A stretch of 63,798 bases of DNA, counting the filler, from Polymyxa betae A26-41 (taxonomy: Eukaryota; Protista; Endomyxa: Phytomyxea): NCBI GenBank assembly GCA_003693705.1. It is 9 parts of 9 records of this genome, joined end to end, with 100 filler letters (N's around TTAATTAATTAA, not from the genome) between each part and the next. Parts side by side here need not be neighbours in the genome. Positions count along the whole stretch, not along the records: positions 44,900 to 48,469 come from RBZT01000179.1; positions 48,570 to 56,443 come from RBZT01000957.1; positions 56,544 to 60,486 come from RBZT01000617.1; 6 more parts are not named here. One strand, 5' to 3'. A program made the translations under genes and the position numbers. Below the pieces are notes generated by a model that had not been told where the DNA came from, did no database searches, and saw only the letters and a program-made list of their open reading frames with translations. The number at the start of each line of letters is the position of its first letter. The first letter of the stretch is position 1. Of the stretch, positions 46,773-60,486 are shown piece after piece.

Positions 46773-47422
46773 TGAAGATATTTTCATTTCCGTACAAGCT
46801 GTTGCGTTTGGCAGTCGAACACTGTCTCTTAACATGCATAGTGATTTGAATTTCAGATTGTTTATTTTTACCTGCAGAACATTCCATTGCTGAATGACTT
46901 TCATACAGATCGTACGGGTCTCACGGAATTCTACGCGAGCCAATTTTCCTATGCGTTATGACCATGAGAGGATTCTTCATTCGGATTGGACAATTCTAAG
47001 ATACTGTTTCCTAACATGCCAATAATGCTAATCAAAAATCTTGATGACAGACTTTGTAATTTTAAACGGTATGTGTTTGGATTTTATTGGACCTTAAAGA
47101 GCCGTAACTCCAGCTGCAGGTGATGCATATTGCAAAGTGAAAACGATTGGAGTAGATCCAGTCGTAATATCTAACATGAGCGCGGAAGTGGCATTGAGGG
47201 TGATTTGCGCAGCCCTCCGGAAACTGCGCATCTCACTCTTGTCATCGCGAGGGCGTCTTCAGCCGGGCTCATAGACTGCAGTTGAGACCGCTCTGCCACC
47301 GGCTGACCATTCATAACCACCCAGTGATTGCGGGGTTATGGTGGAATTTTTGTCGTGAACACATCCGTGCCGCCGGAACCCCTCACCAGTGAACTGAAAC
47401 GGGCCGTCATGACAACATCGAA

Positions 47423-48263
47423 TTGGAACGAATGGGTAATCTGATGAGAGATGACGGTGTTGTGGTCGCTCGCGGAACGTGGGATCCGACAGTGGCTAGA
47501 GCGGTTTACAGCTCTCTGACCAATTTGGTTGATTTACAAGATCTCAAAAATAATCATCAAGGTAACGGGATGGTGCTGACTTTATATTTGACCTATTATA
47601 AATAATTGTTAAATTAGGCCTTGTGAAGCTTACGTCATTGTCGCTGCGGAAGATGCCTTCTGTTGCTAAGTATCCAATCAAGGGCCTGGTAAAAATGTGC
47701 TTCTCCCTGTTCTGAAAAATGGATACCAAATACCGAGTTCCAATTGGGAAACAGTTTTGAGGTCATGTAAAAACTTGCGGGGAGCCCTGACCAGGTTGGT
47801 TGTGTGGAAAACTGGAAGTTGAGCGCCTCTAACTTTATGATCTTTGTTGCAATAGTTACCTCACGCGGACTGCTTGTTCGAGCAGCACGTTCGAGTTTTA
47901 AATGCTCTGAATGGCTGATATCCCTGCACTCGGGTGCTTTCAAAAGCCTTCCAACCGGGCCCTCCAATGCCCTACAAAAAGGTTGACGTCTACAAAGACC
48001 GCGCTGGGACATCGGATATGGTGCGGAGGCTTTTGGAAAGCCGCTTTCGCCCTCTGTCATTTGGGGAAAACGAACAAGAGATCACAACTGCCGACTTCGT
48101 TCCTGTCGTCCACGAAGGCACCTATAAGGCAGGTGACGTAATGATGTTTTCCGGTAATGTAATCTACCACGGCCCCGCATTTCCCTTGCAGACAACAAGT
48201 TTTGCATAGAGGGCATTGGTGTTCCTGACATTGAACCCGAAGCGTGTGGTGGACGCATATTGA
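47423..48263 (+). pseudogene. PhyH-like 2OG-Fe(II) dioxygenase pseudogene
   Basis: RDDGVVVARGTWDP; YKAGDVMMFSGNVIYHGPA...RALVFL; HxD motif not intact; stops and frameshifts. Confidence 0.55.
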
Positions 48264-48319
48264 TGATCCGACCGTTAATCTCTGGACCGATGAACATCCA
48301 TCATGTCCGATGAACTAGA

Positions 48320-48420
48320 AACCCTCCGACATCCGAGCTAACCTCCAGCTTTAGCTCTAAATCAGGGCTTATGATCTATCTAGTGCATTCATTCTACAAT
48401 TCAGTTTACAATATCTGTTA
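48320..48420. repeat. LTR-like repeat family B, diverged inverted copy
   Basis: Reverse-complement similarity to 44600-44680. Confidence 0.55.
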
Positions 48421-48899
48421 CGTCTTCTTATCGGGAAAGACAACACATGTAGCGGTTTCGTCTCGAGAANNNNNNNNNNNNNNNNNNNNNNNNNNNNNNN
48501 NNNNNNNNNNNNNTTAATTAATTAANNNNNNNNNNNNNNNNNNNNNNNNNNNNNNNNNNNNNNNNNNNNTGGGCCGCTCCACTATAGCCCACTGTCCTTA
48601 ATGATCGACCAGAATGTAGCTTAGCTACTGAGCACCTTCAAGGTAAGTATGAGATCAACTCTGCACCAATGGCTCCTTATATATCAGATTGAAATAGAGA
48701 TCCCATTATGGGGCCTTTTTAATCTGAATACCTACGCAACTTTTGACTTCTGAATTTCTTATTTACACATTTCCAAACTCACGCACATTCTTTTAATACC
48801 ACACGACCTTGCTCTCGAATTTGGAGACAGCATCCATCTTAGTTCATTGTGTCGCTGCTAATGAACCTGCAGCCGCTCTCTGCGAATTGCACCGCTCGA

Positions 48900-50345
48900 A
48901 ATTCAAACGTGACCCATGTCGTTCATCACTATGGATACAGAACCCTCTAATATCTCATCTATGATTAAAATCGATCCCTCCTTCGGACTTGCTGGCCAAA
49001 CAGGCATGTACCCTGTTCTTGCACAATATATCCCACAAGGTGGACATATACGTGCGGATTTAGCTCTTTGTGTGCTGTCAACGAACAATATTTATGCTAG
49101 AGCAAGAGCCAGAAGATTTCTACCGATTTGCCTGATGTTTCCTCTTGTAATGATTTCCTTCATCATTAGTACCAACAAAGAGTAAAGTTTCGTCTGTGAC
49201 TTCATCAACTAGAATCAAACAATTCAAATTTTTCAAATTCATGGAAAATTGAATATCTCCACTGGAAAGTCGGAAAGGTACTCAAAGAAGATGTCATCTT
49301 GAGACATGTTGACAATGGCGAATGAAACTATCGCCATTCAGACATTTCCAAAGGCAGCTTTCAAAGCGCTGCTTTTTGCTCATATCGACGATCTGCTTAC
49401 TAAAGGATTGTCAAGCTGAATTGGATTGCATTGTACTAGTTATCGTGCCTTTTGAGAAGATCACTGAGTTTCAACCTTCGCATATCAACATTATTTGAAT
49501 ATTGGATTCACAAAAACAGCTGACAAGACAGAGTCGACATGAAGGTGTTTTAAAACATAATATAACAGAGACGATCCATTAACTGCTACTGGTGTAATCA
49601 GGGGTGGTTGGGCTGGAACAGTATGACCAATAGGGCGAGTATGGTGACTCGCTGCCAATTGAAACAGTCTAGCTCAATCTGCGACTGAAATTCAGCCTGC
49701 AGGTCGAGTCTGAGATTTGATTATTCTGCTCTGTATTGCTACAGGCTGTGCAGGATCTTGATTTCAAAGATCACGATCTCTTACTACAAATACCGCTCAT
49801 AACCTTTCCGTCTTTTTTATATCGGAAATTGGAGAATTTCTCGCGCGAATTGGCAATGCCATTGCCATTATGCTCAACAGTCATCATAATGATGGTCAAT
49901 ATTGGAGCAATCGCTGTGTATGCAACCATGTTGCTTGCTATTGTATAATTCCCTGAATATTCGAACGCCGCACCGTTGCTCTCGTGTGCCATCTTTATAA
50001 TAGCAACAAGAACTTGGGGAATGGAGCGACCCATCGATTTGCATGAAATCATTGAACAGATCGGCCAATGTCATCTGGAACGTGTCTATTCTCACTATAT
50101 GATGATCTGCCCTATAAGATCTCTATCAGATTTGATCTGTTTTCCCTCCATCATTACCTCTTCGTATCATATCAGAACCTTGCACATCATATTCTTGATC
50201 TGCTCTCTGTTCGATACAAATTCCCTACCCTCGCTTCAATGCTCACACTGTCACCTATCTGGACCGAAACCTCATCGTTCTGGCCCTTTCCGGATCAATG
50301 TGTATGCAATCTGGTTCGTGATCTGGTTCACATATGCCACTGAGA
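48900..50345 (+). mobile_element. Highly degraded LINE-like element
   Basis: Weak APE-like start (SFITMDTE..GGHIRA) and C-terminal CVC...DLVHI zinc-binding-like motif. Confidence 0.3.
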
Positions 50346-50349
50346 AAGT

Positions 50350-51100
50350 CTGACAACTTTCCGACGATTTGTTGCAATCTTTCTGCTGGAATCATTTCGT
50401 GATTTGTTACCCGGAGTGTTTGTCAGTTATCATCAAGTAACTCATCTGGACTGCCATAATACAGATTCACTTGATCATATAAACGGTATTCGGAATTTGA
50501 TCGAGATTCCAGTCTGTGATCGTCTCTGCGAGAACATTGTGCAGCCTATTATGGACTCGTTCTCAGAAAATTTGATTGGTGAGAGTATTGGACAATCTTC
50601 TCAATGTCGTCGACCTCTTTCTTAATGTTCATCATTGGTACCCGTTCCCCATGTTACCTAATTGTTAAAAACTGGATTGCGCTTTACGGCTTACAGGCTC
50701 ATGTTAATTAGAAGATCGAGGCAGTCCTGCTATCGATGCTTCGTATTGGAATTTGGGATCAATGCTCTCAAGTATTTGCAGTCTGTGAAGGTCTTGGCAT
50801 CAGAAATCGCCAATATACCTGTCTAATCTCAAATATATCCGAAGGAGTTCATATTACGACTGTCCATAATCTGGCCAGCCTGATGTCATTCCCAAACGCT
50901 GCAATAAAAAGGATCCCTGACGCTCTTCAATCTGTTTCAAACCCAGAAATTGGGCAATTCTCGTCACCTGCAACAGCATCTCGATCTGAACGAGATCGTT
51001 AACTGGTGAGACTTTAAGACCGAGACGATGATGCTACACGGAGCAATTTCTCCTGTGAATGTTATTGACATAGTTTGAGACTATCGTGATCTTGGTCAAC
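50350..51100 (+). pseudogene. Family Z degraded copy
   Basis: EAVLLSMLRIGIW at 50718-50756 matches the family Z motif; the surrounding frame is broken. Confidence 0.4.
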
Positions 51101-52339
51101 AGGAATGTACTGCTCAGATGTAAGAGCAGAGAGACCAGCATCAATTCAAGATCTCAGAGCTCAATATTCCATATTCAGCTCCATTACAGATATCACGTCT
51201 GTGGAGGCGTTTTCGTTGATTATTCAGTTTGGTCAATTCAACCTTCAGTACAAGTTTCATGCCTTTGCAAAAAACCTGCTACATTGAAACCCTAATAAAA
51301 CTCCTAAACTGGCCTATAATAGATGCAGCTCTGCTGTTTATACCACGATGACCAGGACAGAACATTATTCTGGGTGATAAGTTCAATTGTAGCCAATTGA
51401 ATCCACATTTGATTGTGGTGTCGTTCTGCTATATCATACCTGTGTAATTCCAATCAATTTGATGAAATCATGAAACATACAGAAGTTCACAGACCACAGA
51501 ATTGATGGTTCTTTCTCCGATCCCAGTGCTCATAACATAGGATCTGGGACCTTGCAAGAACCAATGGCAGAGAATGGTGCGAATGTATCAAGATCTGATT
51601 AGAAGGACGTTCTGTTTACAGATCGTAAGTTCTGTCAAGACGATGAGGCAGATTTTGTCGGCGATTCAAAAACGTTTTGTTCGATGCATTCGCTTCGGTC
51701 GAGCTTCATATTCCGGCTGACACGCTGTGTCTGAACTCTGCCAGTGATCAAATTATGGACAGAGCTTTCGAATTCACCTTTCACCTTGTGAGAATCAGAT
51801 TTCAAAATTTTGAAAATTGGAGCAAATTTGTCAGATCAGGAGCTGAGCTGTCTCGATGAAACTTCAAAATATAACAATTTAGACGACCAGGCTCTAACGC
51901 AGCTAACCTTCCTGCAAACCCTAAACCCTAATGCAAAAATCCACGAAAAGAATGTTGTCCCGGGTTTCCCAAATCCTGGCTCCGTCCCTGCTGCAGACTC
52001 CCTTTTTTTGCCTCGAAATTGTCTACTGGACCTTTTCATTCTGCAGATTGTCATGCTTTGTATATTTCTTCATGCTGGATAAAATAAAACCCTTCATGAC
52101 AATATTAAGGTTGTGTGATGGCCTGTCACTATTCATGATAGGGTCTTTGCCGATCTGTTCAAATGAATCATTAAATCCAAATCTAGTCGGGCAGTTTCCA
52201 AATTTCGACCAAATAATATCCTGATATACGAATATAGGAGTCAACAGCATATAGTTTCTCAATTCCAAAAATTTATTTACCATGACCAAATATACTATAG
52301 ATGTAATCAAACAATGAAATTCACAATGATCCTCGCTTC

Positions 52340-52790
52340 ATCTATGCATTGCTTACTAAGCGGGAGCAACAATCGCTCTCTTTTTGCATGTCGTAATTCC
52401 GACGCGACAGATTGCGCTGAACTTCCGCATCTATACGACAACCTTCGCGCTTCACTTCAGTTCTGACACAAGATCATTGGTGCATTAAATCCTCTGCCAA
52501 CATTCGTGCATATCTTCAGCTGCCAATTTGTGACGATTCGTGATGAAAGTGCTCCATATCGCCACGCGAGAGTATTCGCGCTGCGATGTTGTTGCAAGAG
52601 GAGAACATTCTCGCTGCAGTTCAATTTTCAGAGATGAATGTTGGCGCTCCATTTGGTCTGTCGGTTGACAATACGGCGCTCCTCTTCGGCAGAATGTCAC
52701 AATGGTCAATGGACCGCGCTCCGCTTCGGGATTTCCACGCTCGCTGCTGATGGCGACCTCTAGCTGTGACATGACGACACATCATCATGT
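52340..52790 (-). mobile_element. Copia gag (UBN2-like) remnant
   Basis: EDMHECWQRI...LVSELK across frameshifts. Confidence 0.4.
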
Positions 52791-53399
52791 GACCATTCAT
52801 TGGATCGATTCAAACAGATCTAAGACAATGGAGACCATTGATCCTGCTGTAGTCATGATTGTTAATTGACTCGGCTATTTCTTGCAAATTCAAGTTTTTT
52901 CTAAAGATTTCACAATTATTTTCATATTAAACTGATAAGCTCTTTGTGAAGTTATTTCTCATTGTATGTTGGTTGGCACAATCACTTCACTATTACACAT
53001 AAATGACATAATATCATGATATCGATTAGAACTTTTTCTGATTTTGCGGCCGACGGCTGGCTCAGATTAATAAATTTGCTGCTCGAATATTCCACCGTAT
53101 GAGATGCTTCGTTCCGAGTCCGATTCATTTCTATATTCATCAAATTCATCGTATCCATTGATATTCATGGTTATAACAGGCTTAACGCATTACAACTTCA
53201 GTAAATCCAGCCAATGTACAATGATGCAGGAGCCGCTCGAACTGAGATTCTGCCTCTTTCAATTGGCGGGTTTTATTTCCATATTGGAGTATGGCGTCAT
53301 GCGGCTCTTCGAATTGAAAATTGTTCAGCGAATTCACTTGTTTCTCAAGACGAAAAATTTTTGGTTTGCTCGTTGACAATGTGAAAAGGGTTATCAGGC

Positions 53400-54790
53400 T
53401 GTTACTATCCCTGTAATATGCTCATAACATTAATGTCTGAGGTATCCGGACAAACATGTCCCTATTGGTCGGCAGTTCGTCGGCCTTCTTGTTAATGATC
53501 GGCCACTGCCCGCTCGTGTTTGTCCATCATATTGAACGCGGCAGTATAATGCTGAACAGTTCTCCCAGCTGTTTTAACAGCTTTGACAAAAGAGCAGGGA
53601 CCCACCAACATCTCAGACCTCATTCTATCCGACCGCGCCAGTTTCTTCAGCTTCTCGATCTGATTGTTTAGCGAACAGATCTGAGATTACTTAGTTCCAT
53701 GTAAGATCACCAGTTCAGAAATCAAAATACCTTCGACTTCTTTTGTTGTACAGCTGAAATTCATTGAATGATTCAGGACAGAAATTGTCAATAGGTGGAT
53801 ACAGGTCATTGGATTGTCACAGATTCATTGTTAATATAAATAATCCGAAATCTTTGACAATTCCTTGATCAATTCTTGTTTATGATCACCTTATTAACCA
53901 GGTACTGATGCATAATCCAGCTCAGATCTTCTAATATCTGATCTGAATCATGGCAGGCGGTATCAGGCTGCCAGCCAATATGAGTTCGTATCCGTGTTGG
54001 TCAATGCTTGTTATTAGAACCTTTCCAGGAATTGTTCTCCCTCTGAGAAGCGTCCTGGAGTTAGCACTGGAATCAACGGTCTCCGGACGGGAATTGTTTC
54101 TTGGGTCTTGTAGATTGCAGTGTCATGTTCGGATCCCGTACGCAACCAATCAAGCCACTGTCTGTTCCGAGGTCTGGAAAATCATCTCCCAGGAGTATGG
54201 AGCACCATATCTGATCGCGGCCGATCTTGTCCTACAAACTGTTCTCCCTCGGGACGCCGATTTATCTGTCCGAGATGATGATCGCAGAGTTCAAGATCTC
54301 CGAGTCTCCGACCAGCGCGCCCTGCTCTTCGCCTTCTTCGTCGTCATGGCGTTCGCGCAACAAATTGACGATCTGATCTAATCGGGGCGCTCCAGTCTCA
54401 ATCGTCGTCGTATTGCGGTAGAAGGCGTCCTTCCCACCGACTCTTTTATGATCATCCGCTCCCTGATCCAGGCCGTGGGCTAGCACGACCTGCTGGGCCT
54501 TCCGCTGAAGCGCCGCTGCCCGACGGCTGGGTGGCCGAGGTCGAATCGCTGCTTGGTTGCCCGATTCTGCACCAGGCCGTACTGGCTCGCCAATGCGGGC
54601 ACCGTTCGCGTCCTGCTGTCGTTCCCGGAACTGATTCAGACCGATCAGGTTGATAAGAGCGGCCGGATTTCTCGGTCGTATGCTGAGGCGGGTTCTGAGT
54701 TTGATAGACTGTTTGATGAAGTTAATGTATTGAATGTGTGAGGCTCTCTATCTAATACAGATTTGTTATCAATGGATTATATAGCGGCTG
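53400..54790 (-). mobile_element. Degraded LTR-retrotransposon gag-pol region, probably Copia
   Basis: GC-rich gag-like RLDQIVNLL..VGDSEIL; fragmented downstream. Confidence 0.35.
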
Positions 54791-55269
54791 AGTTTCGTAG
54801 GCTGTCAATTATGCAAAATTCGAATATTGGATTTATTCAGAATGAAAAACATCAAATCGCTCGTCCGCATTGACCGTGTATTGGTGTCGCAAATAAGGCC
54901 GCTATCTGATCAATTAAACAGGATCCAGAGTACCCTGGATGGGACCAATCCTCTATACGGCTTCATTTGATTCATCCCAATTCTGCTGTTTATCGATCAA
55001 TTCAATGCTCAACGAAGCAGATGATATCAGACACTTTCCAGTACCAGTCACATTCGTAAATATTCCGGATTGAGCTAATTCTTCGTTGGCTCTATGGAAA
55101 CTCATGTCACAACATTTCCTGCGAGTGCCTTTCTTATCATTATACTGAGCTCTGTAACATCAAATACAATGAGAGCTTGCTGTTCAGCCTTTGGCTTATC
55201 ACGACTGATTCGGTTTACGAATGTCATTAAATAGTAATTTGATGGTAATTTGATCAGATAAAAAAATGT

Positions 55270-55325
55270 TCCGATATCGTAGGTTTAGTATACCTGAGAC
55301 CGGGGTTCAATTCCCCGTATCGGAA
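55270..55325 (+). ncRNA. 56-nt D-armless tRNA-like gene or tRNA-Glu-derived pseudogene
   Basis: Perfect acceptor TCCGATA/TATCGGA-A; T arm CGGGG-TTCAATT-CCCCG; central hairpin TAGGT-TTAGTAT-ACCTG; T-run terminator. Confidence 0.8.
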
Positions 55326-55502
55326 ATTTTATTTTTTGCCACAGCGGCATTGATTAAATTGACAGAGATCGGGCCTGTAAGGCGATGGATGATCAATGAT
55401 GATGTTGGCGAAACAGTATTTACAGTACTTTACTACGAAACTGATGTCAACAAGTCCGTGATGTCAGTTAAATGATCATGAAGCAGACGCCAAAATTTTG
55501 CA

Positions 55503-56306
55503 TCAATGCTGAAGGAATGTGTTACGAAATGAATTGGGCCTTAGAGCTTGATCGTGATACACCGACTGCACAAATATCTGATTCGGAAGCCTTGCATCGT
55601 CAGCCGCCTTCGACAGGTTCAATTCGATTGGAGAAAAGCCAAGTCCACGTTGAAACCAATTTTGACTACTCTTCGGATCTTTAGATTCTGGTCTGTCTGC
55701 TGTGTCACTTCGGCGATCGTCAGCCACCTCGTCTGAACTAGAAGTCGGGTTTGCTGCAGCAGCGCCGTCTGATGAAGCTGATTCATTGGGCAGATCTCGT
55801 GTAGAATCCAAAGGTGCATCAAATTTAGCTTTCTCTGATCCGATGTAAGAATACTATACTTTGAACAAAAGTGTGACATACCAGCTTTGGGGCTTTGCTG
55901 TCGTGCTTGATTTTGGTACGATCTGAGGCTAAATCAAAGATTAAATTGATTCCAAACTTCAAGCTGTGTTCTTTGTATATACCTGCTGATTGTGAAGTAG
56001 TCTCTTGTCCTGCAGGACTTGGATATTCACGAGGCGCAGATTCTGCAGGCTGCGAACGATCTTCGCTTGTTGAGGGGTCTCCTTGCAAGTTTGGATTTGC
56101 AGGGGCTGTTGTCCTGTTGTCATTATCATTTCTTGATGAACGTTCAGCTGGTGAATCGGGCTGAGCTTGATTCTGTAATTGAGCAGAAGGATCGTTAGTG
56201 TTGAAAAGGCGACTCGGATGGAGGCCGACTCATGGCTCACCCCTGCCTGTGACGGCACTGAGATACCGTTGTCCGTGGATGGCGAGGACGGTGTCCGTTT
56301 TCTCAT
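55503..56306 (-). CDS. Multi-exon Ser/Pro/Asp-rich hypothetical protein (partial or degraded)
   Basis: Consecutive low-complexity ORFs (MRKRTPSS..., QGDPSTSED..., DSTRDLPNES...) separated by short GT-AG introns. Confidence 0.45.
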
Positions 56307-56543
56307 CCGCAGTTCTTATAACTGTGAAGGCTAGGAGAGTTTACTTCTCCTGTTGTAATGCGGTAACAAGCTATATACAAAAACACAGTTCTATTGTTTG
56401 TTGTTATATCGTGTCTATCGATTGTAGGCTTGAGATATGGTGGNNNNNNNNNNNNNNNNNNNNNNNNNNNNNNNNNNNNNNNNNNNNTTAATTAATTAAN
56501 NNNNNNNNNNNNNNNNNNNNNNNNNNNNNNNNNNNNNNNNNNN

Positions 56544-59500
56544 TCATAGGCGAACCACTGAAACATGATATATACTCTGCTTCCGCGAACATGGACATAT
56601 GGCATAAACGACTCGCACAAGCCCCGATTCGGTCCATTATCGACGCTATCAACAGCAAGGCCCTTACTGGAGTGTCCGTTATCGAATCGAAACCTGGTCC
56701 GTTACGCGTCTGTACCGCGTACGCAACCGGAAAGTCCGTGAAGCTTCCGTTTGAAACCCGAGACCATTCCCGTCGGGCGACTCAACCAGGGAGGGTTCTT
56801 CACGTTGACATCTGCGGACCCATGACGACTCCCAGTATCGAAGGCTCTCGCTACGCAATGCCAATCGTCGATGAATTCTCACGATTTGTCACTGTGTATT
56901 TCCTATCCAAACGGGATACTGCGCCTGATTTGATTATGGAATGTATCAAATATTACGAGACCCAGATCGGAGCGATTGTTACGACTATTCAAGCCACAAC
57001 GCCGGGGAATTCACGTCACGATATTTCGAGTCGAAATTGAAGTCCAAAGGCATCAGACTCCAGACTTCAATCCCATACAATCCTCAACAAAATGGCGTAG
57101 TCGAACGTATGAATCGGACTCTTGCGGACCGTGCCCGCACGATGATGCTTCAAGCTGGACTTCCAAATAGTTATTGGGCCTATGCGATGGCTGCAGCAAC
57201 GCACATCACAAACAGGATCCCATCTTCCGCCAACAATGGTCGAACCCCTTATGAAATGTTCTTTGGAGCCATTCCGGACCTGGCACATATCCGTACTTTC
57301 GGATGTCGCGTTTTTGCCCATGTCCCTCACCAAAAACGCAAGAAATTCGACCCCAAGGCTACGGTCAGCACATTCCTGGGTTATGCTCAAACTCAGAAAG
57401 GTTATGTGGTGCAAGATGACGATACCGGAAAGATTTTCACTACACGGGACGCAACTTTTGATGAAGGTCTTCTGCCTCATAACACAGTGGCAAATAACGA
57501 CTTTGATGACAACATCCCAATGATGCGCAATTTTATGCGCAGCCCGATAATGAACCTCATCCGACCCCTATCTTTGACGAAATGTCCGAAGATGAAGAAC
57601 ATTCCGTCCTTACAGATACGAGTAACATTATCAATGAGCGACCATTTATGATTGACAATGAGCTATCTACGGTCCATGATACCCCTTTAAACATAGAAGA
57701 AACGCCATCTGATGACGCAGCGGAACCCATACGCGACAATGTACCGACATTATCGCAAGACTCGAACATCGAACCTACTATTAGAACTTCTTCAAGTGTC
57801 CGGAGACCCGTTCAAACATTTCAAGAAATGCAAGAACGGGAATATATTGAATCCTTTTTACGGCGCCAGCAACGCCGGAATCATGAAGTTAATGCTGTTC
57901 TCGAACCCAACTCCTATAAAGAGGCCTGTTCCCGAGAAGATCATCAGAAATGGCGATCCGCTATGGAAAGCGAATATCAATCTCTGATCGATAACAAAAC
58001 CTGGACACTTTGCCCACTTCCAGCCGGACGCAAACCTATCAAATCCAAATGGGTTTTCAAGGCCAAGCTGGATGATGCCGGTAACGTCGAGCGTTATAAA
58101 GCCAGATTGGTTGCCCAAGGCTTCGCCCAACGTCTTGGGGTGGATTACGATGACACGTTTTCTCCTGTAGCGTCCAGCACGACCATTAGAATCCTCATCG
58201 GCCTCATGGCCCAAAGCTGGTGCGTCAACCAGCTTGACGTCGATACCGCATACTTAAACGCCAACATCGATGTGGAGCTCTACATATCCCAACCCGAGGG
58301 ATTCGAAGTCCGCAACGAGGGAGAGCAGCCCTTGTTCTGTAAGCTCAATAAGGCAATTTATGGGCTCAAACAGGCAGGTCTCGCCTGGTACAAGCACCTC
58401 TCAGGTCTTCTATCACGACTTGGTTTCGAAAAGTCCGTACACGACCAATGTTTTATTTATCAAAAAGTCCGAAAAGACCGGAGTTACACTTATTGCGACT
58501 TATGTTGACGACCTTATCATCGCATCAAAAACGGCGAGTAACGTTACCAACTTTGAATCCCAGATTGCGCGACATCTACGTGTCAAGATCATGGGAGAGG
58601 CCAAGCGCATTCTTGGTTGGCAGGTCACACATGATGAGCGCAGCCACCGTGTTACCTTCACACAGCAATCATATATTGAGCGAGTTCTTGACCATTTCAA
58701 TATGGCCGACTCCAACGCTGTCAAGACCCCGTCCCTCAACTGCCAGCGTCCAGAAGCCCACAAGGAAAGTGAGCAGATCACATTTCTTTATCGCGAGGCT
58801 ATTGGCAGTTTGTTGTACATAAGTAACTCCACTCGTCCCGACATCGCCCAGGCCGTTCATGCAGCTGCCCGGAATGTCGCAAATCCATCTTCACACGATG
58901 TTAACCAAGTCAAACGCATCTTACGATATCTCCGAGGTTCTACAACTAAAGGAATCATATTCCGTGACGTCAAGTCCGGATCCATCTACGGATATTCTGA
59001 TTCAGATTTTGCGAGTGAACTCTCAGACTCGAAGTCAACTTCGGGATGGATTTTCTTCACCAACGGACCAATATCTTTGTCCTCAAGACTCCAACGAATC
59101 ACCGCTCTATCGACTACTGAAGCGGAGTGCGGAGTGCAACGCCTTATGCGAGGCAGCGAAAGAAGCCTCCTGGTTAGGCAATCTTTAGCAGGATATGCAC
59201 TTAAAGGACCCTAATCAAGCAATCGACATATATGAAGATAACGCAGGTTGCATCGCCCTAGTTCAAGGACGAAAGACTCCAGCACGTACCAAACACATCG
59301 CACTTCGGGTAAACTTTATCCGAGACATGATCACTAATGGCAACATAAAGATTCAAAAGTGCGCAACCACCGCCGACCCGCTGACAAAGCCCCTCGGCAA
59401 TGTGGACTTTTGCCGCAAGTCCGCGATGTTACTCGGAGAACCTGACACCGAGGATCATCTCGACGAGGGAGAGTGTTGAGGCTCCCAGTCACGTGCCTGA

Positions 59501-59673
59501 TCACGTGACCACAATCTGGTCCAGTACGGTCCAGTACGGTCGCTTTGGCGCCGATCAATCCTCTCACTGCAGGTACTGACCTTTTTCTATCTGATAAACA
59601 ATTTCATTCTGCTACTATTCTGGTTAGCCTCGCATCGTTTTAGCTCCCAATCGAACACGAACAGGCATCTTCA
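56544..59673 (+). mobile_element. Ty1/Copia: pre-integrase, integrase, RT, RNase H, PPT and 3' LTR (59474-59673); frameshifted
   Basis: WHKRLA, LHVDICGP, PQQNGVVERMNR, YKARLVAQG, YGLKQAG, TYVDDL, YSDSDFA, RTKHIA, ADPLTKPL; GAGGGAGAG then TGTTGA...TCA. Confidence 0.96.
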
Positions 59674-59870
59674 GATATAATATAACTTTTACTCTGAATT
59701 TTCACCGACTTTTGTGGTCACACAGCGACTGCGATTTGCAGACTTTTGAAAAAGTAAGTCAGAGACGTACTTTTTCAAAACGACCCTGCTACGCGTGCAA
59801 CTGGTTGCAGAAATAAGCCCGTGGGCAACCACTGGGAGTCGCACAAAAATTCCCGTGGGCAGCCTCCCTA

Positions 59871-60486
59871 TCACAAGGGCAGTCTGTGTNNNNNNNNNNN
59901 NNNNNNNNNNNNNNNNNNNNNNNNNNNNNNNNNNNNNNNNNNNNNNNNNNNNNNNNNNCCAGTTTTTGGTCTTCCCTTTGTTTTAACTCTGATTGGATTC
60001 CGAACAACAACCTGATCATCCGATTCCGCGTTCCGAATATGCTCCTCGGTACGTTGAACTGTGGCGAGGCAAGGTTCAAGCGTTGATTTCACCATATTGA
60101 AAGTTGTTTCTCTGCCGGTAGAACACAGAATTAGAGTCTTACAGATAGCAGCGAGATGAGACGCCCAGACTTCTTCGCTGCTGCCATTGCCAACAGGCTG
60201 GCTCGGCTTGTTTAAAGCGAAGTTAATTATGGTTGACTGACGGGAAGAATTCAAGAACTCCCGGGTCCAGCGTTGATTAAACATGATGACTGGAGACGCA
60301 AGACGGTTAATGTGGCGGAAAACACAGAGAACGTGCCTGCAGACGATGCCATGCCAAACCTGTTTTCGGCAAGAACATGTAGTTCGCTCAATAACTTCTG
60401 GATCGAATATGACGACCCGGAACTTGTTAGGAAAGTCCTTGTGATTTAACCGGAATTTGAATTTCGACTCTGGGTCAACATGACAT
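59871..60486 (-). mobile_element. MULE/FAR1-type SWIM zinc-finger C-terminal fragment
   Basis: TTCSCRKQVWHGIVCRHVLCVF...FNQRWTR...NPIRVKTKGRPK. Confidence 0.85.

Noticed and set aside
57067-58860. Long antisense and alternate-frame ORFs over Copia pol (and over the DUF4336 gene)
   Set aside because: Shadow ORFs of real coding sequence with no independent motifs.
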